Shown: positions 49,522 through 60,725, numbered from the whole stretch's first letter. The stretch is 63,723 nucleotides of DNA, filler included, from Folioceros fuciformis (GCA_049999805.1; 23 parts of 23 records of this genome joined end to end with filler, not necessarily neighbours in it); one strand, 5' to 3'. The notes: generated by a model from the sequence alone, not told the origin. Translations and numbers: made by a program.

Positions 49522-50680
49522 CAAATTATAACCAAAACCTTTCATTGAGAAATGTTGCTTACAAAAATCAAGAACAATAAAGAACTAGCCTAGCCAATAC
49601 ACATATGGATACCTTTAATTGCATATACATACCTATAAGGTTCATCAAAATATAAAATCTTTGGATTGATTTTCCAACAACTACAACTAGTAAATGGAAC
49701 CAAACAAAAAGATGTCGCATAGCAAAGTGTAAGCTCATAAAGCAAGATTGAATTCCCCTTCTTATTTGATGAGGACACAACCAATCACGGCTAAATGGAC
49801 TTGTTGAGTTCAAATTATCTTATTGTTTTTATTCTTTTTTAAGGAGGTTATACTTTTATTTCTTTTTTATTTAAAAAAACTACTATTCTTCTTTCCAATG
49901 ACTATTATGATAATTTGATAGTCATTCCAAAGAAACATAGTAAACATCATAAAAAATGCTAAGTCTTTTAAGTTTAGAAGCACAAAGTTTAGTAAACATT
50001 TTGTCATCTTACACAAACAAAATGGCAAAGTTTAGGATGTTACAAGAGCAAAGTTGTTAAAATAATTTTAATTTCTCTAGTAAGGAATGGTGTTGGCTTA
50101 GGTCTAGTTTTAGTTTGTCACTAGGGCCCTTGATAACAAAGAATAAGGCTAAGTCAATAGGTATCAGCCTAAAAAAATAATCATCGGAGGATTACTCCGA
50201 TGGCCCACCGGACTCGGTTGAGGAGTCCCGAGGGAAGGCTCGGCTTCTAATAAATGGGTATTTTTGGCTGACTCAGGTCCATCGGAGTAGAAGACATGCT
50301 GGACTCCGCGTCACTAGATGGACAATCAAAATGATAGTAAGGACAATCCGTTCAAGATCCAGTACTTTGCCATCATGCAGAAAGTGGGGCATAACCATCG
50401 TGGACGGTGGTAGGCGTATTGGAGACGCTAGGCGTAAGCTTTGATCCTGGCGTACGCTAATTGATATGCCCTACTCCCTCCTCTCTCTCCTACCCAACAC
50501 CTCGCCTGTGTGTCATTCCGACCTTTTCGTTTTGCTCTGTCCTTCTTTCACTCCACTCCACTGCACCTCACCAACTTGCTTTTTGCTTCTGGTTTTGCTT
50601 CCATCCGCTCTTGAAATATGGTGTGGCGCCACCCTTTGTCCCCTCCTTCGCGTTCTCCGGCTTGCAAGGACCTCTTTGTC

Positions 50681-51103
50681 ATGTCTTCAAGGTAGTTGCT
50701 CAAAATCGGCAGCACCTAGAGGCTCAACGCAAAGCATATTCAAACACACTCCTATCCAAATTTTGCGCCTTGGATAGCAGCAGTAAGGGATCTCGTGGAG
50801 CAATGGGAATTTAGCATCTTCCAGTTCCCATGGTGCATCAACTCCCCATCCACCATCCAGGATGCCTAGACCATGCTACAATGTGCTCGTGGCAAGCCTG
50901 CTTCCTCCAAAGTATGGGACGATCCCACTTCGTGGACTATCTAGATGATGTGTGAAGTGTACCGATGGCCAGCAAAGGAGCATGGCAGGCTCTACCTTAA
51001 TTTGCAGCACAACAAGGACCCATTGAAAGAAGCAGCGGCAGCACTTTTGGAGGACGACTTCGCCAAAACCACCAACGAGTGGTTTTCGTGCTTCAAGAGA
51101 TCT
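50681..51103 (+). pseudogene. Distant homolog of the N-terminal domain of the TG..CA element ORF
   Basis: Reading through TAG stops gives YPNFAPW..RDLVEQWEF..FPW..VWDDPTSWTI.MMCEVYRW..EHGRLYL, aligning with WPNMQHW..GKLVAELGL..HKW..IRGRPQEWNLELIRRVYGR..EEGGLVL. Confidence 0.6.
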
Positions 51104-51404
51104 TGTATTTCAACATATAAATATACATAACCCTAGACCATTTAAACTTATATATTTTATATATATTTAGCATACATTCATGTATATATATGAGGTGGCC
51201 AGCCCCTATATCGATATACGCGTATATTCTTGCAACAGTGCACATAGATGCCTCCCCTTAAGTGCTTCCTCCCCATCGTGCACGCCAAGGCTACTACTGG
51301 TCATCCTACCACTCTTTGGTGGTTTACTGCACACGAGATCGACGAAAAGAGTAGCTTTCCTCTACTCCTTCTCCATCGTTGCGACATCATCACTTCCCCC
51401 CCTT
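51104..51404 (-). mobile_element. PPT and probable 3' LTR (about 289 bp) of the PHD-gypsy
   Basis: AAGGGGGGGAAG followed by TGATG at 51392; ...ATACA end at 51104 coincides with the break in the flanking ORF. Confidence 0.7.
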
Positions 51405-51467
51405 AATCTGCTGACCATCTTTCGTTGGTAATACAGATTAACAAACTTTACACCAGAATTCATACAG

Positions 51468-51687
51468 TTGAGCACACTGCCCCTCACAATTGAGCACACT
51501 TGCCCTCACAATTGAGCACACTGCCCCTCACAATTGAGCACACTTGCCCTCACAATTGAGCACATTGCCCCTCACAATTGAGCACACTTGCCCTCACAAT
51601 TGAGCACACTGCCCCTCACAATTGAGCACACTTGCCCTCACAATTGAGCACACTGCCCCTCACAATTGAGCACACTGCCCCTCATAA
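51468..51687. repeat. 22-bp tandem repeat x10 in the gypsy 3' UTR
   Basis: TTGAGCACACTGCCCCTCACAA and TTGAGCACACTTGCCCTCACAA variants. Confidence 0.97.
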
Positions 51688-52837
51688 TGTATCAACTGCT
51701 ACACACATTGGACTAAACCATTGCCCCTCAGGCACTGCTTCTAGTGGAGGCTCTAAACAAAAAATATGCCACCCATCATTGCACCTATCACACAACAACA
51801 TGCAATGATCATTTCCAGAAGCTCCACAACTTGTACAAGCAAATCCCTTCTTCGGTACAAAAGCTTGCACATCAATTATTGGGTTTAAGTGAGGTAAATG
51901 ACATGACGCACAATTTTTCATGTGTTCCAAACAAGTTGTACTATCTTTCCCCTCCAACTCCAAAACTCCATTCAACTTCACACTTCTCACCCTTAATATT
52001 ATCCTACTCATACTTGTATCAATTGTTGTCATTGTCTTCCTCTGCAAATATACATAATCTCCAACTTCAAACTTTTTCACCTTAGGTCTGAAATGCCCAC
52101 TCCTTGTCTTCATGTACCTCAACTCATCTCTATGTTGAGCTATTAACAAGTTATCCATTGCCATAGGCATAATTCTCCTAAACAATTTTGCTCTATGTGT
52201 AACTATCTTCAACCAGTTATTAGGATCATCCAGCTCCACTATAGTATTCACCTTGTCTTCTAACATCCCAGATAACTGTGGTGTACATCCAAACAACAAC
52301 ATGTATGGTGAAAACTTTCCCAGCGATGCTTGCCTACTCATCCTATAACCCCTCGTAAGAAATGTCAACATCCTATCCCACTCACTCTTATCCATACCAA
52401 ACAATACTTCCTCAAAGCATTCTTACATGTCTGTACCATTCTTTCTGCCAAACCATCAGCCTCCAGATGATTCCTTAAAGTTACACTATGATCAATAAGA
52501 TACTCATTTAAAAATTCATCAAAATCTCCCATAAATTCAGTATCCTAATCTGTCAACACTTCTGCACAAGCCCCAAAAACATTCAACACATGATTAAGAA
52601 ACGCTTCTTTAATATCATGTGACTTCTTCTCTCTCAAAGGCACCAAAACTATCCACTTAGAGAAATGTTTTATCATCACCAACACATATATAAAACCTCT
52701 ACACTTGACTAGTACCTCTCCGGCAAAATCCAAACTCCACCTATAAAACATCCCCCTAATAGGTAGCGGATGAAGCTGAGAAGTTTTGCCCGAAAAACTT
52801 GCTTTCACCCTATCACAAACCTTACAAGTAGACACCA
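51682..52837 (-). mobile_element. Ty3/gypsy integrase with C-terminal PHD finger
   Basis: CKVCDR..LHPLPI..FYRWSLDFAG..HFSKW..EVLTD; ADGLAERMVQT; FEVGDYVYL; CTSC...LLCDRCNDGWHIFCLEPPL..VPEGQWFSPMC. Confidence 0.93.
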
Positions 52838-52911
52838 TGTGAACCTCCAAAGTTTGGGGTAGTAGTTTGTTTTGGTTGAAAAAGGGTTAATAGTGGTATG
52901 GTTTGGTTTTC
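52838..52911 (-). mobile_element. Terminus type E inserted into the gypsy integrase
   Basis: TGTGAACCTCCAAAGTTTGGGG; reverse complement of 20695-20768. Confidence 0.8.
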
Positions 52912-53011
52912 NNNNNNNNNNNNNNNNNNNNNNNNNNNNNNNNNNNNNNNNNNNNTTAATTAATTAANNNNNNNNNNNNNNNNNNNNNNNNNNNNNNNNN
53001 NNNNNNNNNNN

Positions 53012-53487
53012 AAGGTTGTAGGGGGGAGATATCCAAGAGGGGAGTGTGTTCCCTTCTTCCTTTTGTTTGGGGTTAGTCTAGTGACTCTTGCCGGGTAGGA
53101 GGAGTCAGTAGGGAAGTGTAGAAGGTAGTGGTGTCGTTGCTGGTTGCTGGTAGTTGTTGGTGTTGGTGCTGGAGCGAGAGAGTGAGTGAAGGAAGTCGCA
53201 GATCTGAGAGGTTAGAGTCGTTGTAGTGGCTGGAGTGAGTTTGTGGGCACCGAGAGAGGTGCAGCTAACCGCCGGACAGCGAGGCCTGTCCTACGCCTGA
53301 TCGGAGCTGGAGGGGAGCCCTCGAATCCGTCATCGAGTCGATCAAGTCCGACCCTCCATCCACAGCAGCAAGGAACCCCATCGCTCCTTCGTGGGAACGA
53401 AACCCAATGTCTCAACGACAGTGGGATAAGTGTGGCCACTAAAGGTGGAACCCGTTGGCAATCGGTGCCCGGGGTTTTGCCTCCACA
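53012..53487 (+). mobile_element. Terminus type A region inserted into a copia LTR
   Basis: Near identical to 32710-33159. Confidence 0.9.
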
Positions 53488-54776
53488 ATGCGCGACCCCC
53501 TGTTTGCTTGGATCCGGCCACCTGCGACCCGGACTCTGGCCACCTCCTGGATCTGGCAGGCTTGCCTGGCTGCCTGGCCGGGCTGGGCTGCCCGCTCCTT
53601 AACCAGTTGCTGCTAGGCCAGCCACCTAATAGGATTCCCCCCCGGCCTGGACTTCCCCCAGCCGGCCACCAGCCGCCCAGCAGCTGCTTGGCCCCAGCTC
53701 GACCAGCTGCAGCCAGCCTGCCATCTGGTACAGCTAGGGGGCCGCATGAGCCCACTTGCCAGCCGCCGTAGCCCATATTGGGCTCCCAGCCTGCCACCCC
53801 TGCGGATCCGGCTACGCGGCCTGCCTCAGCCCTGCCCCGGCCTGCCATGCCCAGAGCGCCCCGCCGACAGCCCGCGTCCAGCGTCCCGTCAAGCCGACCA
53901 CACCCACCTAGCTTGCCTGCACTACTGGTCTGAATCCGGCCACCCCGCGAGCCGCCAGCCTTCCTGGCTTTGGCCCAGCTCCACCGACCTCCTACTGCCC
54001 AGGCCGGGTTGGGTTGTTTGTGAAAGGATCATTAGAGGAGCATGGTGAAGGAGAGGAGAGAAGAAGCTAGGAGGAGAGGAGAGGAGAAAGAGAGGTCTCA
54101 CAATGTCTCTCACAGCTCTATTGCAAAGGGAGCTCAAGAGGGTATTTATACCCTCTAGAAAAGCTCCCAAGGAAGCTTCACAAGAAGCTCACAGGAAGCT
54201 ATGAAGGAAGCTTCCTAAAGATTAGCTTAAGCTAATGATACTTAATTAAACACTAATCTTAGACTAATTACATTAGTCTAATTAGACTAATCACATTAGT
54301 CTAATTAGACTAATCACATTAGTCTAAGCACATTGGGCTTTAATAACCCTACAAGCGCCCCCTTAAAGGCCAATTTACCTTCATAGGGGAGTAGTCTACC
54401 TCACGCCCATGAGTGTTCGAGCTTGTGCGAATTGCTCCGAAGAGAGCCCCTTGGTAAGAACATCTGCAAGGTTCTGACTGGTGTGAACTTTGACAAGTTG
54501 TACCCTCTTGTCTTCCAACACCTCTCGAATGAAGTGCTACTTCACTTCCACATGTTTGGTCTTCGCATGAAACACTGGATTCTTTGCCCATTGAATAGCA
54601 CTCTGGCTATCACAATGCAACACTAGCAACTCAACCTTGATCCCTAAATCGCCCACTAGACGAGCAAGCCATATGGCTTCCTTGCATGCCTCAGTTGCTG
54701 CAACATACTCGGCCTCTGTGGTAGATAGTGTTATGCATGATTGCAAACGAGATCGCCATGAGACTGCCCCTCCTGT
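53488..54776 (-). mobile_element. Tork-like copia RNase H, PPT and 3' LTR
   Basis: LSTTEAEY, LHCDSQSA, FHAKTKH; TAAGGGGGCGCT followed by TGTAGGG at 54353. Confidence 0.85.
54259..54327. repeat. 3 x 23-bp palindromic tandem repeat near the LTR start
   Basis: TTAGACTAAT-(C/T)AC-ATTAGTCTAA x3. Confidence 0.95.
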
Positions 54777-54876
54777 NNNNNNNNNNNNNNNNNNNNNNNN
54801 NNNNNNNNNNNNNNNNNNNNTTAATTAATTAANNNNNNNNNNNNNNNNNNNNNNNNNNNNNNNNNNNNNNNNNNNN

Positions 54877-56360
54877 AGGCAAAAGTAAGGGCCGAGACAA
54901 TGTGGCGACGGTAGTCGGCAGGGCAACCGTCGCCGGAGGAATGACTGGTGGTAGCCAAACGGGCGGTAAGGAGAGAAAGCAAGCAGGGCATAAAAACCCT
55001 ATAGAAAGGGGAGCTTTGTCCAGCATCCGAAAGCGCGGGGAGCGGGAGTAACTTGAAGCGTGAAGCGGCTGAACGAGGAGAAAGAACTAGGACGACGGGG
55101 TAGGGCGTAAGGGTTGAGCAGGCACAGGGGAGTGGGAGACCTCCAAGGCGCGAGCGGTGGAGAGAGTTGGGCGAACAGAGGAAGAGCCAGAGCGTGACGA
55201 GGATAGAAGAGTTCCGAGCCTGAAATGGGGAAATCAGGAGGAAATGGGGACAAACCTGGAGCAGACGGATCAGCAGGAGGCAGAACGAGAACCAGCTGTC
55301 CAAGGGATCAAGGACCGAAGGTTGGAGGAGCAAGGTCAGGATGAGACCAGACCCGAGAGCCACCAGATCAGGTGATGGCAGCTGACACAGTTTCCTCCAG
55401 ACAGGAGGATAAGTTAGGGCACGTTTCAGCACAGGAGGGTTCCTCAAGGTGGAAGGGCATTTTCAGGTGCAGGCCTCAGAGAGATAGGTTGCAGGTGGGG
55501 GACCTGGACAAGTTGGGAGAATTCCTGGGCAGACAAATCACGGCGAGAGGAATGGGCGCCAGAGGGGTGCAGGAGGTGGACCTACCCGCGCTGACTGCTG
55601 CGATGGTGCAGGCCCAAGTAGACCTCCTGGATCAGGCTGCTAGGGCCTTGACCTAGTTAAGTGTACAAGCGGAGCAAGAGGCCGAGGCTTGGGGAAGGGA
55701 GGAGAAGGCTCGTGAGCGAGAGGCTCAAGCAAGGAGGCAACTGGCGAAGTCGGAGACGGCGCGGCAACTGCTGGAGGAGACGCAGCGGAACCTGGACAGG
55801 GAGAAGGCTCAAGCCGAGGAAGAGGCGCGCGAGGCAAGGGCTGAAGTGCAGGCGCTAAAAGAGCAATAGGGGACCCTGCTAGCTCAGGTGAGGGAGGCTC
55901 ACGAGACTAACTTGGAGATGCAATAGGAAATGGCCAGGGCACAGGAGATGGAGATAGCCGCTGTGGAGTAGGCTCAAAAGTTGGCTGATAGATACAAGCG
56001 GGAGCGGGATGAGGCCAAAGAGAGTGAAGGGGAAGAGCAAGGCTGGGCGTCCGAGTCAGTTGGCGACCTCGGTAGCAAAAGGGGCTACCGGTAGCCGAAC
56101 TAGGGGAACGGTAGTCGAGGGGACTACCGGTAACCGAACCAGGGGAACGGTAGTCGAGGGGACTACCGGTAGCCGAACCAGGGGAACGGTAGTCGAGGGG
56201 ACTACCGGTAGCCGAATCAGGGGAACGGTAGTCGAGGGGACTACCGGTAGCCGAACCAGGGGAACGGTAGTCGAGGGGACTACCAGTAGTTTGGTAGTCC
56301 ACGGGACTACCAGTAGTTTGGTAGTCCACGGGACTACCAGTAGTCGGGTAGCCGACGGGG
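54877..56360 (+). mobile_element. ORF-bearing TG..CA element with internal deletion
   Basis: 5' leader joins directly to mid-ORF near 55220, lacking about 0.9 kb present at 59240-60160. Confidence 0.88.
56081..56360 (+). repeat. 39-bp x5 plus 27-bp x2 tandem repeats inside the element ORF
   Basis: CTACCGGTAGCCGAACCAGGGGAACGGTAGTCGAGGGGA units, then GGGACTACCAGTAGTTTGGTAGTCCAC units. Confidence 0.93.
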
Positions 56361-56460
56361 NNNNNNNNNNNNNNNNNNNNNNNNNNNNNNNNNNNNNNNN
56401 NNNNTTAATTAATTAANNNNNNNNNNNNNNNNNNNNNNNNNNNNNNNNNNNNNNNNNNNN

Positions 56461-58853
56461 ATGGATCTATCACCAAACCTAATGGGCCTTCACCTGCCCA
56501 CGACTCTTGGTTGAAACAAGACAAGCTAGCTATGCATATCCTTAGATATCCAGATACAATGCCGGCACTTCGAAGCATGGTGGTGAACGAGTTATGTTCG
56601 TTAGCAAAGGCCGTCAACGCCACCAGCCCCACCAGCGATGTCGTCCTCCTCCACCTGATAGACGGCCCTTCACTGCGCCTCCTCCGGCTCCTGGTCGTGG
56701 ACCTTCGGCATCCAAACATGCTAGTTCCGGCCGCAAGCTCGGTACCTGCATCTGGTGTCAAATTCTAGGCTACTGGGAGCCTGATTGCCGCAAGAAGAAA
56801 GCTGGCGAGCCTCGACGTCCATCCAAGACTGCCAATACGGCCTCGACCTCCAAGCAGAAACAAGCCGGCATTGCCCTCACAATCTACTTGGTAGCTTTTG
56901 AATATAAGACCTCTTGGCTATTTGATTCCGCTGCCTCCGAGCATATATGCTGCCATCGTCATATGTTTTCTAATTATCTCCTTGCCGACGATCAACGTTT
57001 TGTTCTTTTCGGCGATGGCTCTGGGCTTATTATTGCGGGCATTGGTACTTTTACTTTTACTTTTACTCTTGAAGATGGTTCTGTGCTTCTTCTAAGTGAT
57101 GTGCTGCATGTTCCGCAAATGGTGAAGAATCGTATTTCCGTTCGACGCTTGGTGAAGGACGGTACATTCCGACTAGAGTTTGAAAGAGGCGATTGCCTCC
57201 TCACAAGATCTGTTGCTCCTGGTCGCGTGGTTGCCAGAGGTTGTCCACGGCATGATCTCTATGTCTTCTCCGCCGTACCAGTGCTCATGGCTTCCTCGAC
57301 CCCAGCTTCCGCAATGGCAACTGCGGTCGATAGAGGGAGTTCCCGCAAAGGTGACTCCATATTATGGCATTCTCGGCTTGGACATATTAATCATGCTAAG
57401 CTTTTCGAGATGTCTAGGCAGGATTTATTTAGGGATAAGCTACCTCACTTTTCATAGACTCCACTATCATGTGACCCTTGTATATATGCTAAACAACGTA
57501 GCTTCCCCTATCCTACTCTCCTTGCCCGTCGGGCTACTCAGCCCCTGTAGTTGGTCCATGTTGATCTTTGTGGTCGACTTCCCGTCCTTTCACTTGGCGG
57601 CGCACTGCATTTTATGACTATTGTTGATGACTATAGTCGCTATACCTTTGCTATTCCGCTCAAGTTGAAGAGTGACTCCTTCGGCTCCTTTGCTCCTTTT
57701 GTCACTATGGCCGAGCTGCAAACCGGTTGCAAGCTTCGGTGTATTAGATCTGACAATGCAGGGGAATCAAAAAACCGGCAATTTAAGGATTTCTGTCTTA
57801 AGAGGGGGATTCTCCGTCAATTTACGGTTCCCTACACTTCGCAGCAGAATGGGGTTGCTAGAAAGGCCAACGGCGATCTTCACAAGGTTTTTGAAGAGCG
57901 GAGCAAGCGAGAGACTTGAAGAAAGATTTGTAGAACAAGTAAAACAATTACTGTCAAAAGATGTCTTATATACAAAATTGTATGTAACCTATGTAACTCT
58001 TCATTTAAGTATAAGTTAGATATTCTAAGCGACGTGGTTACTAGTCAACGCTAACCGGGTTACGAGGTTCAACAGATCTGCTCGCCATGGCCTGCGCTAT
58101 GCTAGCCTATGCTCAGCTCCCCAAACCCTTCTGGGCCGAAGCGATTAATACTGCAGCGTATCTCCGCAACAGGGTACTTTCCAAGTTCGTTCCTGACCAG
58201 ACACCCTTTGAGTCTTGGCATGGATATAAGCCTCTTATTACTCATCTTCGGATTTTCGGCTGCCCTGCCTATGCTAATATTCCTTCTTAGCTTCGCGACA
58301 AGCTTTTTGCTTGTGCTCGCAAGCTGGTATTTGTTGGCTATGGTGAGGACTGTAAGGCTTATAAACTGGTTGACTTGGATACCCATGCTATTGTATATGC
58401 TCGCACTGTCACTTTTGATGAGGCTCAGTTGGCATCTGCTCATTCTGAGTCCATGGATTCTACTTCGGCTCCTTCAGACGACATTGCTTCTTCCGACCCA
58501 AGTGACCTTATGCCTGAGTTTTTAACTCAACCCTCTGTTTTCCCGGACTTTGGTCCTGCACTCACTGCTCTATCCTTGGCCTCTTCACCTCAAGCAGCAC
58601 CTATCCCTATTGTTCCTGCTCGAGAGGGGGAAGATGAACAGGCCATTGTTGATCCTTATGAAAACAAAGAAGACTTTGGTGCTCTTAATCCACAAGACCC
58701 AGAGACTGTTCCTGCTCCACCATCTCCTATAATACTTGATCCAGCCCCTAAACGAAGATATCCTTTGCGTCATCGTCAACCAAGACACCTCTGGAATGAG
58801 ATCCCCTTTGATTTAGAGTTCAATCAAGCTGGCTACACCACCACTGCTACAGG
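56461..58853 (+). mobile_element. Degenerate Ty1/copia gag-PR-INT
   Basis: CIWCQILGYWEPDC, WLFDSAAS, LWHSRLGH, VHVDLCG, IRSDNAGE, FWAEAINTAAYLRNR; about 225 bp of foreign DNA at 57860-58085. Confidence 0.92.
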
Positions 58854-58953
58854 NNNNNNNNNNNNNNNNNNNNNNNNNNNNNNNNNNNNNNNNNNNNTTA
58901 ATTAATTAANNNNNNNNNNNNNNNNNNNNNNNNNNNNNNNNNNNNNNNNNNNN

Positions 58954-60274
58954 AGGAATTCTCGCAACTTGTCCAGGTCCCCCACCTGCAACCTGTCTCT
59001 CTGAGGCCTGCACCTGAAAATGTCCTTCCACCTTGAGGAACCCTCCTGTGCTGAAGCGTGCCCTAACTTATCCTCTTGTCTGGAGGAAACTGTGTCGGCT
59101 GCCATCACCTGATCCGGTGGCTCCTCGGATCTTGTCCCACCCTGACCTTGCTCCTCCAACCTTCGGTTCTTGATTCCCTGGACAGCTGGTTCTCGTTCTG
59201 CCTCCTGTTGACCTGTCTGCTCCAGGGCTGTCTCCCCTTCCTCCTGATCAGCCCCCATGCTCACACTTTGTCCTCTGATCCTCTTCCTCCTGGCAAGAGC
59301 CTTTTTTTGTGGGGCCACCCTCTTCCTAGGCTTGACTGGGGTTTCCTCCTGCGAGCTATTCCCACTGTCAGCTTCCCAACTGCTGGAGGCAGCCCTTGCT
59401 GGCTCAGTGGGCTTCCACTTCACATCACGAACTGGCTTCCATAGGTGCAGCGAGGCCAGCCTTTCTAGCTCAGTGACCAGGTTAGCGTAACTGTACACGT
59501 GGATTAGAAACAGGGAAATCATAGAAGGTTCAGGGGTGGGTCGGATCAGGTTCGGCCTCTCCTCATCCATCCGGGTGTATAAAATCCTTCCCCAGTCAAT
59601 CCTGGTGCCCTTCACTACTTCATGCACAAACAGGAGCATCTGATCAGACAGATAATCTTATTTGCGTACCTGGAAGAAGCTCAGGAACCACCTGGCCAAT
59701 CCCAGCAGCTGGGGACTTGCCATGTCGCGCACCAGCCCCCCGTTCGCTTCCTTTCTCGTGCCTGCCTTAAGCATTTCCGCCGCTCCCGTTCCGCCACGCC
59801 TTTCCAGGGACTCCAGCACCAGTCCCCCTTCCTCCTGTTGGTCGCGCCCATAGACCCTCCTGATCAACTCCAGGTTCCATTCCTGGGGTCTGCCTCTGAT
59901 CCCCTCCTCGCATACAGGCTCTATCAGCCTCAGGGCGCACTCCTTGACCAGCTGGGGTGCTGCATGGTTCCACTTATGGGTCATAAAAGTTAGACCCAGC
60001 TCTGCTACTAATTTTCCTGCCTTGACCCTCCAGTGCTGCATATTGGGCCACAGAAGCAGGTCGATTTGGGGGACATGAGGTCCCCCCTCCTGTCTAGAGG
60101 CTGCTGCTCCAGGAATTAGTTCAGGCCGCGACCTCATCCTGCCTATCCCCCTCCCCTCACGCTCGGGCTCGGAACTCTTCTGTCCTGGTCGCGCTCTGGC
60201 TCTTCCTTTGTTCGCCCAGCTCTCTCCACTGCTCACGCCTTGGAGGTCTTCCACTCCCCTGTGCCTGCTCAACC
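58954..60274 (-). mobile_element. ORF-bearing TG..CA element, N-terminal half of the ORF (ATG about 60137)
   Basis: One frame with a single stop at 59658; APQLVKEC..IRGRPQEWN..MLLFVHEVVKGTRIDWGRILY. Confidence 0.88.
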
Positions 60275-60374
60275 NNNNNNNNNNNNNNNNNNNNNNNNNN
60301 NNNNNNNNNNNNNNNNNNTTAATTAATTAANNNNNNNNNNNNNNNNNNNNNNNNNNNNNNNNNNNNNNNNNNNN

Positions 60375-60725
60375 TAGAAATCGGTAGGGGAGGTACTGGG
60401 GCCCTTCCAAGTGAAGGAATGGTGCCTACCTACTGACGAGACGTGTTGCAGGATTGGTAGGAACGTGATTGGAACGTAAAAATCGGTAGGGGAGGTATTG
60501 GGGCCCTTCCAAGTGAAGGAATGGTGCCTACCTACTGATGGGACGTGTGGCCAGATTGGTAGGTACGTGGTTGGGAGAGTTGACTAGTATAGGGGAGCGA
60601 TAGATGTAGCTGACCAGGCTCAGAGGGGAACGATTCCGGGGAAGCCTACAACGACCGTGGGATTAATGTGGCCACGATACATGTGAGTGGGTGCCTAGTA
60701 GGGATACCATGCCCACTTGCCCACA
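60375..60725 (+). mobile_element. Terminal segment ending ...TTGCCCACA inserted into copia integrase; contains a ~102-bp tandem duplication
   Basis: AAATCGGTAGGGGAGGTA.TGGGGCCCTTCC at 60378 and 60480; switches to YYLTLTDGYSRY after 60725. Confidence 0.65.

Noticed and set aside
51468-51687. Possible CRISPR array or lac-operator-like AATTGTGAG repeats
   Set aside because: Head-to-tail units with no unique spacers, no cas genes, eukaryotic retroelement context; the 9-mer match is coincidental
53212-54170. Overlapping GC-rich ORFs (also 32885-33202, 35530-36271, 16517-17113, 61423-62837)
   Set aside because: Open in several frames because of base composition; where homologous copies exist the frames are not conserved; no motifs
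56081-56360. Palindrome-containing 39-bp repeats as CRISPR
   Set aside because: No spacers; the array lies inside a transposon ORF
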